From the IMG/VR virus record IMGVR_UViG_3300003312_000001, positions 1-61,588 of that record: DNA of 61,588 bases; one strand, given 5' to 3'. Source of the stretch: a virus (Duplodnaviria; Caudoviricetes). The notes beneath the pieces were generated by a model, which saw only the letters and a list, made by a program, of their open reading frames with translations, had not been told where the DNA came from and did not search any database. The position numbers and the translations under genes are program-made. Positions 1-8,656 of this stretch are shown here, in pieces (the stretch's first letter is position 1; each line of letters begins with the position of its first letter).

Positions 1-99
1 GCCGCGAACTCGGCGCTCTGCCGCCAGGCGACCAGCGTGACGAAGTCGGTTTCTTTCTCGCCATTCGCGCTCTTGAACGGCCGATCTACGGCGATACGC
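1..99. repeat. Terminal direct repeat, copy 1 (circular assembly overlap)
   Basis: Bases 1-99 are identical to 61490-61588; the ssb ORF reads through the join. Confidence 0.97.
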
Positions 100-185
100 A
101 GCGTGGCCACACTGTGCCCGCTCTGCGTCGTCTTCAGTTCCGCATCGGCGCACATCCGGCCGACGAGGACAACTCTGTTCAACAT
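1..185 (-). CDS. ssb: Single-stranded DNA-binding protein, 5' part (continues across the circular join to 61273)
   Basis: Manual translation from ATG at 185: MLNRVVLVGRMCADAELKTTQSGHSVATLRIAVDRPFKSANGEKETDFVTLVAWRQSAEFAA; absent from the ORF track because it is split. Confidence 0.95.
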   Translation of the reverse strand, partial: MLNRVVLVGRMCADAELKTTQSGHSVATLRIAVDRPFKSANGEKETDFVTLVAWRQSAEFA

Positions 186-283
186 TCCACTCTCTCCCGA
201 GCCACCACGGGTGATCTATACGCGGCCGTGGCTACACTCCGCGCACCCCCATTCTACCACAACCAATTTATTGTGGCGGGAGT

Positions 284-302
284 CTAACGCTGCGTGTATA
301 AT
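284..302 (+). promoter_or_regulatory. Early promoter/operator motif copy 1 (CTAACGCTGCGTGTATAAT)
   Basis: TATAAT -10 preceded by CTAACGCWGSGTG, shared with 5123 and 8574. Confidence 0.7.
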
Positions 303-324
303 AGGCGCAGAGGTAGCAACTCCG

Positions 325-1590
325 ATGGCGAAGGTGACGATCACCCACTCGTGTGGGCACGAAGAGAGGCACGCTCTTTACGGACGCGCCAGCGACCGGA
401 AGTGGCTGGAGAAGACACTATCCGAGCGGTTGTGCGGCGACTGCTATGAAGCTGATGTAGCGGCCAAACGCGAGGCCGCCGCAGCGCAGGCAGAGGCGGA
501 TGCCCGCGAAGTCGGGCTGCCGGAACTGGTCGGCACGCCGAAGCAGGTGACGTGGGCGCTTCAACTCCGCGCCGAGTTTATGGCGCAGACAAGCGAGCGG
601 TTCCGGGAGATCATCGCGAAGATTGCGCGCAACCCCTTCGCTGATCGCGACGAGGGCGCGGCCAGGTTGAGAGGAGCGCTTCAAGCCCCGGGGGCGCTGG
701 ATGCGCTCCACTCCGTCCTGGAGACGAGCATCTGTGCCATCGCGGCCCAGCACACGAACGCATCCTACTGGATCGACAACCGACGCCTGAATCTGGACGC
801 CACGGTAGAAGCTGCTCTGAACGAGGTTTTCGACCCGGTGGCCGAGCGCGGTTTGAGCATTACCGACGCCATCACTGAGATCTCTTCTGCCGCAGCCAGA
901 GAGATTGCGGAAGAGAAGGTTGCCGCGTCCGAGGCGGCGCAGGCGGATGCAGAAGCGACGATCCGGCCGGAGAATGATCGCGGCCCGGCGGCGGCACGGG
1001 TCGTGTTGACGGGCAACAACATCAATGTCAGCTACCCAGACCGTAGCGATGCTCTCCTGGCTATCGTGCATCGCTACGACTCCGAATGGGATCACGCCGC
1101 GCGAGTGCATCAGATCGCGGCGTGGGTGCGTCCGCGCGATTGCGCCGCCCAACTGGCGCACGAACTGCTCACCGCCGGATTCCGCGTCATCATCTCTGAC
1201 GAGAATCTGCGCGAGATGGCGGCTAGCGGCAATTACACGCCCTGGACCGGCCGCGTCATCGCGAACCTCAAGGACCGGTCGGCCTTCACGGTGCGCTGGC
1301 TCGCGCGCGAGGACTGGTTCAATGCGGCTCGCCGTATTCCCGCCTACTACAAGGGCGTGCGCCATCAAGTGTCGGTATCGCCGGCCCGGTGGCAGGAACT
1401 GGAAGACTTTGCCCAGGCGCACGGTTTCGAGTTCACCTCTCCTGCTCGTCGCTGGATGGGCGAGCTCGCCGAGATTGAAGCGAGTATCCTGCCGCAGCCC
1501 ATAGGACCTGCGCCGGAACCGGATGACGAGGCCGAGCCCCCTGCCCCTACAGCGGAAGTGCCCGAGCACCTGATGGACAGCCCGTCGTGA
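325..1590 (+). CDS. Hypothetical protein with N-terminal Zn-ribbon (HSCGH...CxxC) and LPELxGTxKQxxWA motif; first gene of the SNF2/Ibr operon
   Basis: RBS GAGG, ATG at 325; stop overlaps SNF2 start; ORF-track start at 37 overlaps ssb. Confidence 0.75.
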   Translation: MAKVTITHSCGHEERHALYGRASDRKWLEKTLSERLCGDCYEADVAAKREAAAAQAEADAREVGLPELVGTPKQVTWALQLRAEFMAQTSERFREIIAKIARNPFADRDEGAARLRGALQAPGALDALHSVLETSICAIAAQHTNASYWIDNRRLNLDATVEAALNEVFDPVAERGLSITDAITEISSAAAREIAEEKVAASEAAQADAEATIRPENDRGPAAARVVLTGNNINVSYPDRSDALLAIVHRYDSEWDHAARVHQIAAWVRPRDCAAQLAHELLTAGFRVIISDENLREMAASGNYTPWTGRVIANLKDRSAFTVRWLAREDWFNAARRIPAYYKGVRHQVSVSPARWQELEDFAQAHGFEFTSPARRWMGELAEIEASILPQPIGPAPEPDDEAEPPAPTAEVPEHLMDSPS

Positions 1591-2999
1591 GGCCGGTGCC
1601 GCTGGCGACGGAGCTGATGCCGCATCAGCGCGAGGCGGTGGAGAAGCTGTCGCCCGTCCGCGTCGGCGCGCTCTTCATGGAGATGGGGACGGGCAAGAGC
1701 CGAACGGCTATCGAACTGGCGGCCCGACGGGCCGAGCGAATTAGCCGCGTCGTCTGGTTCTGCCCGGTCTCGCTGATGCGGACCGTCCGCGACGAGATTT
1801 ACAAGCACGTTCGAGGTGCGCGGGTCTACGTATTCGACGAGAAGAGCCGCGAAGGGTGCATCCCGTCGGCAGACTGGTATGTCGTCGGGATCGAGGGCAT
1901 GTCGCTGTCTGATCGGATCATTCTCGCGGTCAACTCGATCATTGAGGACGACACCATGGTGGTGCTGGACGAATCCAGTTACATCAAAGGCCACCGCGCC
2001 AGCCGGACCCAGTGGATAACGCGCGTCGGTGCGCGTGCGCACTACCGCCTCATCCTGACTGGCACTCCGATCAGCCAGGGGATTGAGGACCTCTACACGC
2101 AGATGCGGTTTCTCTCACCGGACATCCTGGGCTACCGCTCCTGGTACTCCTTTCAGCGCAATCACCTCGAATACCATCCGGAGCGGCGCGGCCAGGTGGT
2201 GCGCGCGAAGAACGAGGCGCTCGTGGCGGCCCGGATCGCGCCTTACACCTACCAGGTGACGAAAGAAGAGTGCCTCAACCTGCCAGCGAAGATCCACGTC
2301 GAGCGGACCTGCTGGATGACGGCCGAGCAGCGCGCGTTGTACGAGCGCGCGAAAGAGGAGATTCTGCTTTCGGTGCCCGAAGACGATTGGACGAGCACGA
2401 CCATCTACCGACTCTTCGGCGCGCTGCAGCAGATCACGTGCGGGTTCTGGAACCGCTACGCCAAGGGCGAGGGACCGGAACTGATCGAGGTCGAGCATCA
2501 CCGCCTGTCCCTGCTGCAGGAGACGCTGGCGCAGCTCGCGGGCGACAAGCGGGTGATCATCTGGACGAAGTACCGGCGCTGTCTCCACGAGATCAGCGAC
2601 ATGCTTGCGCGCGAGTTCGGCGCGCCGCCCGTCACGTTCTACGGCGACCTCAATCCAGAGCAGCGCCAGCAAGAGTTGCAGCGTTGGCGCGAGGGGGGAA
2701 CCCGCTTCTTCGTCTCGACGCCATCCTGTGGCGGGCACGGGCTTACGCTCAATGAAGCGGATCACGCCGTGTTCTTCACGAACGGGTTCAAATACTCGGA
2801 GCGTATACAGGCCGAGGACCGCTGCCACCGGATCGGGCAGACGATGCCCGTCACCTATGTCGATATCACCTGCGAAGATAGCATCGACGAGCGCATCAGC
2901 GCAGCGATTCGGCGCAAAGAGAACGTCGTCGAGGCGTTCAAGTCGGAACTGACCGGCGCGGATGGAGGAGGGCGGCGTGCTCTCCTGGATACGCTCTGA
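1587..2999 (+). CDS. SNF2-family (SF2) helicase/ATPase
   Basis: MEMGTGKS Walker A, VLDES, LILTGTP, GGHGLTL, QAEDRCHRIGQ. Confidence 0.93.
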   Translation: MRPVPLATELMPHQREAVEKLSPVRVGALFMEMGTGKSRTAIELAARRAERISRVVWFCPVSLMRTVRDEIYKHVRGARVYVFDEKSREGCIPSADWYVVGIEGMSLSDRIILAVNSIIEDDTMVVLDESSYIKGHRASRTQWITRVGARAHYRLILTGTPISQGIEDLYTQMRFLSPDILGYRSWYSFQRNHLEYHPERRGQVVRAKNEALVAARIAPYTYQVTKEECLNLPAKIHVERTCWMTAEQRALYERAKEEILLSVPEDDWTSTTIYRLFGALQQITCGFWNRYAKGEGPELIEVEHHRLSLLQETLAQLAGDKRVIIWTKYRRCLHEISDMLAREFGAPPVTFYGDLNPEQRQQELQRWREGGTRFFVSTPSCGGHGLTLNEADHAVFFTNGFKYSERIQAEDRCHRIGQTMPVTYVDITCEDSIDERISAAIRRKENVVEAFKSELTGADGGGRRALLDTL

Positions 3000-4378
3000 T
3001 GGGCAAGGTTTACCGGGAAGAGGACGTGCTGACGGCCGCACGGAAGCGCGTCAGCTTCGTATTCGACCATTTTGAGCAGGTGGTCGTCTCGTTCTCCGGC
3101 GGCAAGGACTCGACGGTCCTGCTCCACCTGGCGCGCGAGGAAGCACGTCGGCGCGGCCGGCAGGTTCACGCGATGTTCATCGACCTGGAATCGCAGTATC
3201 GCGTCACGATAGAGCACGTCGAGGCGGTGATGTTGGCAGATCCCGTGGTGGTGCCGATCTGGATCGCGCTCCCGCTCAACCTTCGGAACGCCGTCTCCGT
3301 CTTTCAGCCGCACTGGTGCCCGTGGGACCCGGGAGAGCGTGACATCTGGGTGCGTGATCTGCCCGCACACGAAGGCGTGGTGAGCGATCCCGAGGCGCTG
3401 CCCTGGTTCCGGCCCAGGATGGAGTTCGAGGAGTTCATCGTGCTCTACCCGAAGTGGGCCGCAGAGGGGCGGACCTATGCGAGCCTGGTCGGGAACTGCG
3501 CTGACGAGTCGCTCCACCGCTACTACTCAATCAAGGCGGTGGACAAGAAATGCGCCTGGTGGCACGACGGCAAGCGCGTCCAGTGGAGTGCGCAGATGAC
3601 CCCGAAGGACCCCAACGTCGTGACCTTCTTCCCGATCTACGACTGGACGGTGTCCGACATCTGGACCTACCACGGCGACGAGGGCATCAGGCACAACGAG
3701 ATTTACGACCTGATGCACCTTGCCGGAACGCCACTGACGGAGCAGCGTATCTGCCAGCCTTACGGCGACGATCAGCGGCGCGGGCTGGACCTATGGGCGA
3801 AGTGCGAGCCGGACACGTGGGAAGCGGTGCTGAACCGGGTCACGGGGGTGAACTACGGAGCACGCTATGCGGGCGATCAATTGCTCGGCTACCGGCGCGG
3901 CGTAGGGCTGCCCGCCGGCCACACGTGGAAGAGCTACACGTTCCTGCTGCTGGCCACCCTGCCGGACGTGCTGCGGGAGCGCTACCTATCGAACTTCGCT
4001 GTCTTCCTGGAGTGGTGGATGCGGCACGGCTATCCGGACATCCGCGCGGTTCACGACGACGAGACGGAGACGCTGAAGGAGAGCACGAGTCGGCGGCTTC
4101 CGTCGTGGCGTCGGCTCGCTCTGACCGTGCTCAAGAATGACTTCCTGGGCAAGAGCCTCTCCATTGGCCAGGTCAAGCACGTCTGGGCCGACGTGTACGA
4201 TCGCGTCGAGGCCGGAGAGCCCGTCAAGGTGCGGAAGAGCGTCCGACCGGTCTACGCCTACCTGCGCGACGAGTATGAGGCGTATCTGCGCCGTGGGGTC
4301 GAGGGCACGACCGTCGAATTGGCGGAATGTCGCGGCAGCCACATCGAGGCGATTAAGGAGCGGTACCGTGACCTTTAA
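2999..4378 (+). CDS. IbrA/YbdN-like PAPS-reductase-fold protein (DUF3440)
   Basis: SFSGGKDS PP-loop, PIYDW, QRICQPYG, GHTWKSY, PSWRR. Confidence 0.9.
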   Translation: MGKVYREEDVLTAARKRVSFVFDHFEQVVVSFSGGKDSTVLLHLAREEARRRGRQVHAMFIDLESQYRVTIEHVEAVMLADPVVVPIWIALPLNLRNAVSVFQPHWCPWDPGERDIWVRDLPAHEGVVSDPEALPWFRPRMEFEEFIVLYPKWAAEGRTYASLVGNCADESLHRYYSIKAVDKKCAWWHDGKRVQWSAQMTPKDPNVVTFFPIYDWTVSDIWTYHGDEGIRHNEIYDLMHLAGTPLTEQRICQPYGDDQRRGLDLWAKCEPDTWEAVLNRVTGVNYGARYAGDQLLGYRRGVGLPAGHTWKSYTFLLLATLPDVLRERYLSNFAVFLEWWMRHGYPDIRAVHDDETETLKESTSRRLPSWRRLALTVLKNDFLGKSLSIGQVKHVWADVYDRVEAGEPVKVRKSVRPVYAYLRDEYEAYLRRGVEGTTVELAECRGSHIEAIKERYRDL

Positions 4379-5117
4379 GCCGATCCGCGTCGGGGTCGAG
4401 ATCGAGTGCGTAATCGCTCGCGATCAGGCCGTCGAGTTGCTCTCGGCGCGCTACGGCGTCCGCGTGGAAGGCGTTCGCAAACTCCACCACGGGTTTATGG
4501 ACGTGTACCTGACGGGCGGCTGGGCCGTGCATGCGGAGCCGACTGTTCGCGTTGATGGCACTCCGAATGAGCACGCCGTGGAGATCATCAGCCCTCCCCT
4601 GCCGCCGGACAGCCCGCTTCTCGTGGGGCTCGGCGAGGAGCTGGCTGCCGCTGGCGCGGTGATCACGCCGACGTGCGCTCTGCACGTTCACGTGTCGGGG
4701 CCGCTCGTGCATCCGGCGGGGCTGGTGGCGATGTGTCGAGCGAGCCGAGTTTTCGAGCACCTGGTGAACAAGGAGCGTCGCCGGTGGGCAAAGCCTGTGC
4801 CCGAGAACGTGACGATGCTGGGGCGCCCTTCGCTGGACGAGCTGCGCCGCGAGTGGTTCGCTGCCCATCCGGCCTATCGCATCCCGGAGATGGGCGGCGG
4901 GCGCCGGCATCCCGCCCGGCGGCGGATGATCAACCTCGGCAGCATGTGGCATCGCGGCACGATGGAGGCGCGGTGGTTCAACGGCAGTCTCTCCACCGCC
5001 GACCTGCAGAAAGCCATACGTGACGCTGTCTTCGTCTTCGGCGAAGGGCCGGCTCCACGCTACCCTCCCCCAACCTACAGCATACCTGGACCTTCGATAG
5101 GGCGCGGCCACCGTTGA
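4368..5117 (+). CDS. Putative amidoligase (COOH-NH2 ligase, Amidoligase_2-like)
   Basis: GVEIE, EIISP, CALHVHV, N...GTMEARWFNGS motifs; AAGGAG RBS before GTG 4368. Confidence 0.78.
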   Translation: MTFKPIRVGVEIECVIARDQAVELLSARYGVRVEGVRKLHHGFMDVYLTGGWAVHAEPTVRVDGTPNEHAVEIISPPLPPDSPLLVGLGEELAAAGAVITPTCALHVHVSGPLVHPAGLVAMCRASRVFEHLVNKERRRWAKPVPENVTMLGRPSLDELRREWFAAHPAYRIPEMGGGRRHPARRRMINLGSMWHRGTMEARWFNGSLSTADLQKAIRDAVFVFGEGPAPRYPPPTYSIPGPSIGRGHR

Positions 5118-5141
5118 CAATACTAACGCTGGGTGTATAAT
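5114..5141 (+). promoter_or_regulatory. Sigma70-type promoter TTGACA-N16-TATAAT containing motif copy 2
   Basis: TTGACAATACTAACGCTGGGTGTATAAT. Confidence 0.8.
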
Positions 5142-5186
5142 GCCTCTGTCGCCGCAGGTGGCTGGCGATTATCACGAGGTAGCACG

Positions 5187-5603
5187 ATGAGAATGGAACT
5201 GAAAACCTACGAGGAGAAGACGCCCAAGTTTTGGTCGGTGATGGGGCCGCAGTTCGCGAGTCGCGCCATCCGCCGGGCGATGCCCTATCTGGCGGACGGA
5301 CCGGGACACGTCTGGTTTGTGCTCTCGGACCGGCGCGACCCGGACAATGTGCAGGCGTTCATGGCTGCGCACATCGACGACGAGGGCATCGGGCGTCTGC
5401 ACGAGCCTTACGCCGCATCCGATGCCGACACGCTTGCGCCGCTCGTCATCGAGGCGGCGATCCAGTGGCTTGTGCGCTCCGGAGTTAAGGAGATGCGCGC
5501 GAGCTGGAGCGGCAAGAGCGCGAAGTGGTTGACGGCGCTCGGGTTCGAGACTACTGACAGCAAGGGCGGCTACCAGAGGATGCGGAAGGTGATCGCGTCG
5601 TGA
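5187..5603 (+). CDS. GNAT-fold acyltransferase-like protein
   Basis: Size and pattern (WFV, FMAA, ...KWLTALGF) fit a GNAT fold; FWSVMGPQFASRAIRR N-terminus; lies just before IbrB. Confidence 0.6.
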   Translation: MRMELKTYEEKTPKFWSVMGPQFASRAIRRAMPYLADGPGHVWFVLSDRRDPDNVQAFMAAHIDDEGIGRLHEPYAASDADTLAPLVIEAAIQWLVRSGVKEMRASWSGKSAKWLTALGFETTDSKGGYQRMRKVIAS

Positions 5604-6238
5604 GCAGCATCGAGCGCAGCGCTATCGCGGATATGGCGCGCGAGTTGCGAGACGCCCTGGGCGCGCTGCCGACCGACGAGCGAATTACCGCTCTCAATGA
5701 GGTGCGGGCGCTGCTGCACGAGGTATCCCCCTTTGCCGGAGAGCCTGTGGATTTGGTGCAGTGGCTCCCGGCGGCGTTGGTCGCGCCCAACGACTACAAC
5801 CCGAACAAGGTTGCGCCTCCAGAGATGCGGTTGCTCCAGCACAGCATCCGCGCCGACGGCTACACGCAGCCGGTGGTTGCTTCGCCTGCCGAAGGGGGCT
5901 TCGAGGTGGTTGACGGATTCCATCGGACGCGGATCGGCAAGGAGTGTCGGGCCGTGCGTGACCGGGTGCTCGGGCACTTGCCGGTAGTCGTCCTGGCGGA
6001 GAGCCGGCGAGAAGTCGCGGACCGGATGGCGGCGACGATCCGGCACAACCGGGCGCGAGGCGTGCATGGCGTGCGCCCAATGGCTGACCTGGTCGCGGAG
6101 CTCATCCTGCAGGGCTGGGACGATACGCAGGTGGCGAAGGAGTTAGGTATGGACGCTGACGAGGTGCTCCGGTTCAAGCAGACCAAGGGCCTGCCTGAGC
6201 TGTTCAAAGGGAGCGGTTACAGCCGCTCGTGGGAGTAG
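5600..6238 (+). CDS. IbrB/YbdM-like ParB/Srx-domain protein
   Basis: NDYNPNKVAPPEM, GYTQPVV, VVDGFHR, ATIRHNRARG, LGMDADEVLR. Confidence 0.93.
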   Translation: MSSIERSAIADMARELRDALGALPTDERITALNEVRALLHEVSPFAGEPVDLVQWLPAALVAPNDYNPNKVAPPEMRLLQHSIRADGYTQPVVASPAEGGFEVVDGFHRTRIGKECRAVRDRVLGHLPVVVLAESRREVADRMAATIRHNRARGVHGVRPMADLVAELILQGWDDTQVAKELGMDADEVLRFKQTKGLPELFKGSGYSRSWE

Positions 6239-6241
6239 CAG

Positions 6242-6487
6242 ATGAGTGATGAGATGACTACCGCGGAAGTGGCGGAACGGCTCGGGGTTGACAGATCCCG
6301 GGTGCGCCAGCTCGCTATCGAGGGGCGGTTTCCGGGCGCGTACAATACGAGCCCCGGCACACCGCGTGGGGAGTGGCGCATCCCGACCGCCGGGCTTGCG
6401 TCCTACACCGAATGGGCTGCCCAGCAGCAGCCGAGCGTGCGCGAAACACGACCCGGCCGGCCGCCACGTGTCGGCGATGGAGACTAA
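6242..6487 (+). CDS. Excisionase-like HTH_17 DNA-binding protein
   Basis: MTTAEVAERLGVDRSRVRQLAIEGRFPGA...WRIP, C-terminal PGRPP. Confidence 0.8.
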   Translation: MSDEMTTAEVAERLGVDRSRVRQLAIEGRFPGAYNTSPGTPRGEWRIPTAGLASYTEWAAQQQPSVRETRPGRPPRVGDGD

Positions 6488-6490
6488 CAG

Positions 6491-6817
6491 ATGAACCAGC
6501 ACCCGATTGTCACGAGGGAGTTCACGTCCGAAGAGACGGAAGCTCTGACGGCGCTGGCGGACCAGGCCGACGAAGTGCTGTGGGACGAGAAATACGAGAA
6601 CCGGACTTTCCGGAACGGAATCGCGTGCCACAGCCCGATGATGGGGAAGCGGGCGGAAATGCTCGCTAATCGCATCACGGAGCGTCAGGCCGGGCTTTCG
6701 GAAGAGGACAAGGCGACCCACATACGAGCAGTGCTCGCCGGTTACAGGATGAAGATGCCGTCGCGGGGACTGCTGCTCCGGCGCTGCACGGATGAAGAGG
6801 ACGACGACGATGCTTGA
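6491..6817 (+). CDS. Hypothetical protein
   Basis: ORF in a co-directional, tightly packed run. Confidence 0.6.
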   Translation: MNQHPIVTREFTSEETEALTALADQADEVLWDEKYENRTFRNGIACHSPMMGKRAEMLANRITERQAGLSEEDKATHIRAVLAGYRMKMPSRGLLLRRCTDEEDDDDA

Positions 6818-7349
6818 ATTCGAGGTTGGGAAGCCCCGTCCGGACACAATGGCGCCGCCCATCGACACGTGGCAGTTCAACGTCACGGTGGTTGGCTACA
6901 CGCTCGATGCTTGGCTATCGCGGCCGAGCACGGCGGAGGTAGAGGCTGCGCGCGTGGGAGACGCCCGGTTCGGGCTCTACGTGCGCGATGATCTTCTGAT
7001 TCTCTTGCACAAGTTCGGGCGCGGCCAGTGGGGCGATAGTCCGTTCAACTGGCACGCCGTCCCGGAAGAGGGCCGGTGGCAGCCCGATCCGGAGCTAGGA
7101 CCTGCGCAGCGTGCGCCGCTTCAGGTGATGATGATGGACCGCGTCACGGGCATCATCGAGACGATGAGGCTCGTGACGTTCTCGCCCCAGTTCTCGACGG
7201 CGCTGAACCGCGCCATCGCCCGGCAGATCGCGCGCGGACCGTGCAGCGAGGCCGATTACGACGCCCAGCTCGCGCGGGCGTACCGGCTCTATCCCACGAC
7301 CGACGCCATGGCGAAGGCCGCCGACATCACGTGCAAAGGTGGCGAGTGA
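6810..7349 (+). CDS. Hypothetical phage protein
   Basis: ORF overlapping both neighbours. Confidence 0.7.
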   Translation: MLEFEVGKPRPDTMAPPIDTWQFNVTVVGYTLDAWLSRPSTAEVEAARVGDARFGLYVRDDLLILLHKFGRGQWGDSPFNWHAVPEEGRWQPDPELGPAQRAPLQVMMMDRVTGIIETMRLVTFSPQFSTALNRAIARQIARGPCSEADYDAQLARAYRLYPTTDAMAKAADITCKGGE

Positions 7350-7711
7350 TGATCCGCACTCGCGTTACATGCCCAACCGAGAGGTGCCGCGACTCGCTGG
7401 TGAGTGCCCTGCGGATTCTGGACGTGCCAGCAACCACGCTGGTGCCCGATCCTCTGCCGGAGGTGCTCTCGATACTCGCCCCGCAATCATTCCTGCCCAA
7501 GATCACCCGTCACCTGCGGAACAGCCCGTACGTGAAGTCTTACTTCTGCGGCCTCCCCGACGGCGAAAGCGAGCACGGCTTCGGGCGCGCAGGCAGCTTC
7601 CCTGGGACGGTATGCACTATCACGCGCACGGGACCTGATAGCTTCTACGCTCAGGCCGGGCCAGGGCGATTGCCCGCCGAGGACGACGAGGAAGAGCGGG
7701 CCCAGCCGTGA
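7349..7711 (+). CDS. Hypothetical protein
   Basis: TGATG coupling to the upstream gene. Confidence 0.6.
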   Translation: MIRTRVTCPTERCRDSLVSALRILDVPATTLVPDPLPEVLSILAPQSFLPKITRHLRNSPYVKSYFCGLPDGESEHGFGRAGSFPGTVCTITRTGPDSFYAQAGPGRLPAEDDEEERAQP

Positions 7712-8238
7712 GCACCACCACACTCGACGACGCCACGCGCGCCGTAATCGCAGCGTGGGAGCGCCTCGCGGAGCCGGCGGGGCTGCTGGAGTGGCTGGAG
7801 CAGAGGCCGAGAGGCCGTCGGCGATACGTCGCATACCCCCTCCATGTCACCGAGCGCGAGTTCCATCGCTACCTCAATGATGGGCGCGAGGCTGATGTCC
7901 GGCTCACTCTCTACTTGGGTCGCATCTACATCGAGTTAGCCGAGTTCAGCCCCGCCTTAATCGTGCAATTGCCAGCGTCGCAATGGGTCTCGCGCCTCGT
8001 CCAACGGCTTCTCAAATCGGAAGGTCACGACGCAGAGATGAAAGGGAGCTCCCTCGCAGCGCTGATCCGCGAGACGCTAGCGGAGGAGACCGCAGCAGCT
8101 GGGTTGCCGCCAGCGCGGCGCACCACGCAGGCAATGCTAGACGCCATAGATTCCGTTCGGACTTTGCAAGATGGGATGCAATCGGCGTCCGGCGAAGATA
8201 CGCCTCGACTGATTAGGCAGGCTAGAGGTGGCGAATGA
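7708..8238 (+). CDS. Hypothetical protein, diverged paralog of 33052/33501
   Basis: LAEPAGLLEWLEQR resembles VQDPAQLLAWLRER. Confidence 0.6.
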   Translation: MSTTTLDDATRAVIAAWERLAEPAGLLEWLEQRPRGRRRYVAYPLHVTEREFHRYLNDGREADVRLTLYLGRIYIELAEFSPALIVQLPASQWVSRLVQRLLKSEGHDAEMKGSSLAALIRETLAEETAAAGLPPARRTTQAMLDAIDSVRTLQDGMQSASGEDTPRLIRQARGGE

Positions 8239-8534
8239 CAGAAGCAGAAATCGCGGAGCTGCGCGCAACCTGGGAGAGCGACGCCGCCGCCGCTCGGCAG
8301 GCGCGGATCGAGGTGAGCGAGGCCGAGGAGCGCTGGCGGGATGCTTACTTCAAGGCGCAGCCGGCGTACGAAGCGCTCAAAGCTGCGGAGCAAGCGGCGG
8401 CGCGCGAGTCGCCGAGCTGGCCGGGGATCGGTCTCTACGAGGTGACTGTGACGCACGGCACGCCTGTCGCCGCGACGCGAGGCTTGGCGCGCGACTTCCC
8501 GGGCGATGCAGAGGGGCCGGACGAGGGCGAATGA
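8235..8534 (+). CDS. Hypothetical helical protein
   Basis: GAGGTG RBS, ATGA coupling. Confidence 0.6.
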   Translation: MTEAEIAELRATWESDAAAARQARIEVSEAEERWRDAYFKAQPAYEALKAAEQAAARESPSWPGIGLYEVTVTHGTPVAATRGLARDFPGDAEGPDEGE

Positions 8535-8564
8535 TCGCCCCTCAGAAAAAACTTCTGCGGATAG

Positions 8565-8592
8565 TTGCTATTACTAACGCAGGGTGTATAAT
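8565..8592 (+). promoter_or_regulatory. Sigma70-type promoter TTGCTA-N16-TATAAT containing motif copy 3
   Basis: TTGCTATTACTAACGCAGGGTGTATAAT. Confidence 0.75.
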
Positions 8593-8656
8593 GAGGTGTA
8601 GCCGGCCGGAGCGATCAGGCCCCGACCGGCCGAGCGCCCCACAGGAGGGGGCACAC

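Noticed and set aside
1-99. Biological direct terminal repeats
   Set aside because: Exactly 99 nt and cutting through ssb; typical k-mer overlap of a circular assembly
37-324. N-terminal extension of the 517-aa ORF
   Set aside because: Overlaps ssb on the opposite strand and the promoter; RBS supports ATG 325
1587-6238. Canonical Dnd or Ssp phosphorothioation system
   Set aside because: No cysteine desulfurase, DndD/DndE or SspB/C/E recognised; the proteins match IbrA/IbrB instead
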